Source: Candidatus Eiseniibacteriota bacterium
GTDB taxonomy: Bacteria > Eisenbacteria > RBG-16-71-46 > JABDJR01 > JAWXBZ01
DNA: 16,916 bases
Direction: 5' to 3'
Assembly (NCBI GenBank): GCA_034440375.1
Contig: JAWXBZ010000233.1
Location: 1-16,916 of the forward strand
The translations under genes were made by a program, and so were the position numbers. This document shows positions 15,995 through 16,916 of this stretch, piece after piece; within the stretch, counting starts at the first letter, position 1; every line of letters starts with the position of its first letter. Below the pieces are notes generated by a model. The model did no database searches, was not told the origin of the DNA, and saw only the letters and a program-made list of their open reading frames with translations.

Positions 15995-16916
15995 TCAGCG
16001 CCCGCTCGCGCTGAAGGCGGCCCAGTAGAACGGATGCGTCGAGCGGCCGCTGTTCCGCCGGTCGGACAGCACCTGGCGGCTGGCCAGCGCGATGGCCCGG
16101 GCGGCGTCGGTCTCGCCCTGGATTCGCGCGGCGTAGAGGGCGGTCATCCAGTCGCGGGTGGCGTCGTCCTCGATGGCCCACCGGCTGGCGATGATGCTGC
16201 GGGCGCCGGCGAAGAGAAAGGCTTCACACATCCCCCGGACGCCTTCCCGGTACCACCCCTCGGCCAGGCTGGAGTGGCAGGCGGAGAGCACGGCCCACTC
16301 GGTGGACTCCAGATTGAGGGTGATCACTTCCTCGGCAGTGAGCAATCCCTCGTTCTCGTCACCCTCGTGATCACGGGCATGATTCGCACCGGTGAAGGCA
16401 AGCCACACGCGCTGCGTCTCGCCAAGAGGCGGAGGGGGTACGGCCGGAGTCGCGATGGCGCCCGGCTTCTCATCCGTCGCGCCACCGATCGGACCAACGC
16501 CCCCCACGCCACGCGTACCGGGGCTCGATTGATCGCAGCTGTCGCGCAGGACGTAACCATGCGTCGCGATGTGCAGGATGGCCCGGTTCGGCGCTTCCTG
16601 CTTGAACCGGGCCTCGGTCGCCTCGGCGCCGAGGAGCACCAGGGCCTCCCCCCCCGACTCTTCCCACATCCCGGCCAGGTTTCGCGCCTCCTCACCCGTT
16701 CCTGGGAGTGGTCCAAAGGATCCGGCCAGGCAGGGTTCCGCGGCGCGCAACCAGCCCGCGATCGTCGCACTGCCCGCCGCGGCCAATGCGGCCGGCGGGG
16801 CAGAACCACGGGTGTAGTCGGGGTCGCCCACGACCAGCAGGTTTCCGATCGTGGATGGATGCGACTCGCGGATCAACTCCCGCTCCGCGTTCAACTCGTG
16901 GAACAGCGGCCCGGAC
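15995..16916 (-). CDS. CHAT domain (caspase/HetF-like) protease, 5'-truncated by window edge
   Basis: LLVVGDPDY, PLPGTGEEA, EATEARFK, ILHIATHG (His), GLLTAEEV, VLSACHS (Cys), HPFYWAAF; frame open to the window end. Confidence 0.92.
   Translation of the reverse strand, partial: SGPLFHELNAERELIRESHPSTIGNLLVVGDPDYTRGSAPPAALAAAGSATIAGWLRAAEPCLAGSFGPLPGTGEEARNLAGMWEESGGEALVLLGAEATEARFKQEAPNRAILHIATHGYVLRDSCDQSSPGTRGVGGVGPIGGATDEKPGAIATPAVPPPPLGETQRVWLAFTGANHARDHEGDENEGLLTAEEVITLNLESTEWAVLSACHSSLAEGWYREGVRGMCEAFLFAGARSIIASRWAIEDDATRDWMTALYAARIQGETDAARAIALASRQVLSDRRNSGRSTHPFYWAAFSASGR

Noticed and set aside
1-16916. CRISPR array, tRNA/rRNA, integrase/transposase, integron attC sites, DGR or retron
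   Set aside because: By eye I found no regularly spaced repeats, RNA-gene signatures, or recombinase/RT motifs. A covariance-model search was not possible.

Overview
High-GC bacterial window; the protein repertoire, including a C-terminal 'TTWSRIKA' motif, resembles Ca. Eisenbacteria-like lineages (recollection, unverified). Left to right: 3' end of a VOC/PhnB gene; cytoplasmic Ser/Thr kinase with TolB-like and TPR regions; AhpD-like CxxC protein plus a mycofactocin-type SDR; AAA_14/DUF4143 ATPase-nuclease (-); M13 peptidase; intact VapC with a broken RHH antitoxin fused to other gene fragments; secreted Cys-rich protein with one in-frame TAG; Eis-like acetyltransferase; second AAA_14/DUF4143 gene (+); PAS remnant; ECF sigma factor coupled to a decayed membrane Ser/Thr kinase with a DUF4384-like ectodomain; secreted hypothetical protein; 3' part of a CHAT protease gene. 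Best leads: (1) an RGVGGVxP peptide shared by the kinase ectodomain and the neighbouring CHAT protease, suggesting a protease-kinase-ECF relay; (2) both DUF4143 genes share an upstream layout (25-bp TAAG..TTA element, inverted repeat, -10 box 6 nt before a Shine-Dalgarno-less ATG) and lie near fused gene debris. All domain calls are by eye from motifs; no searches were run.
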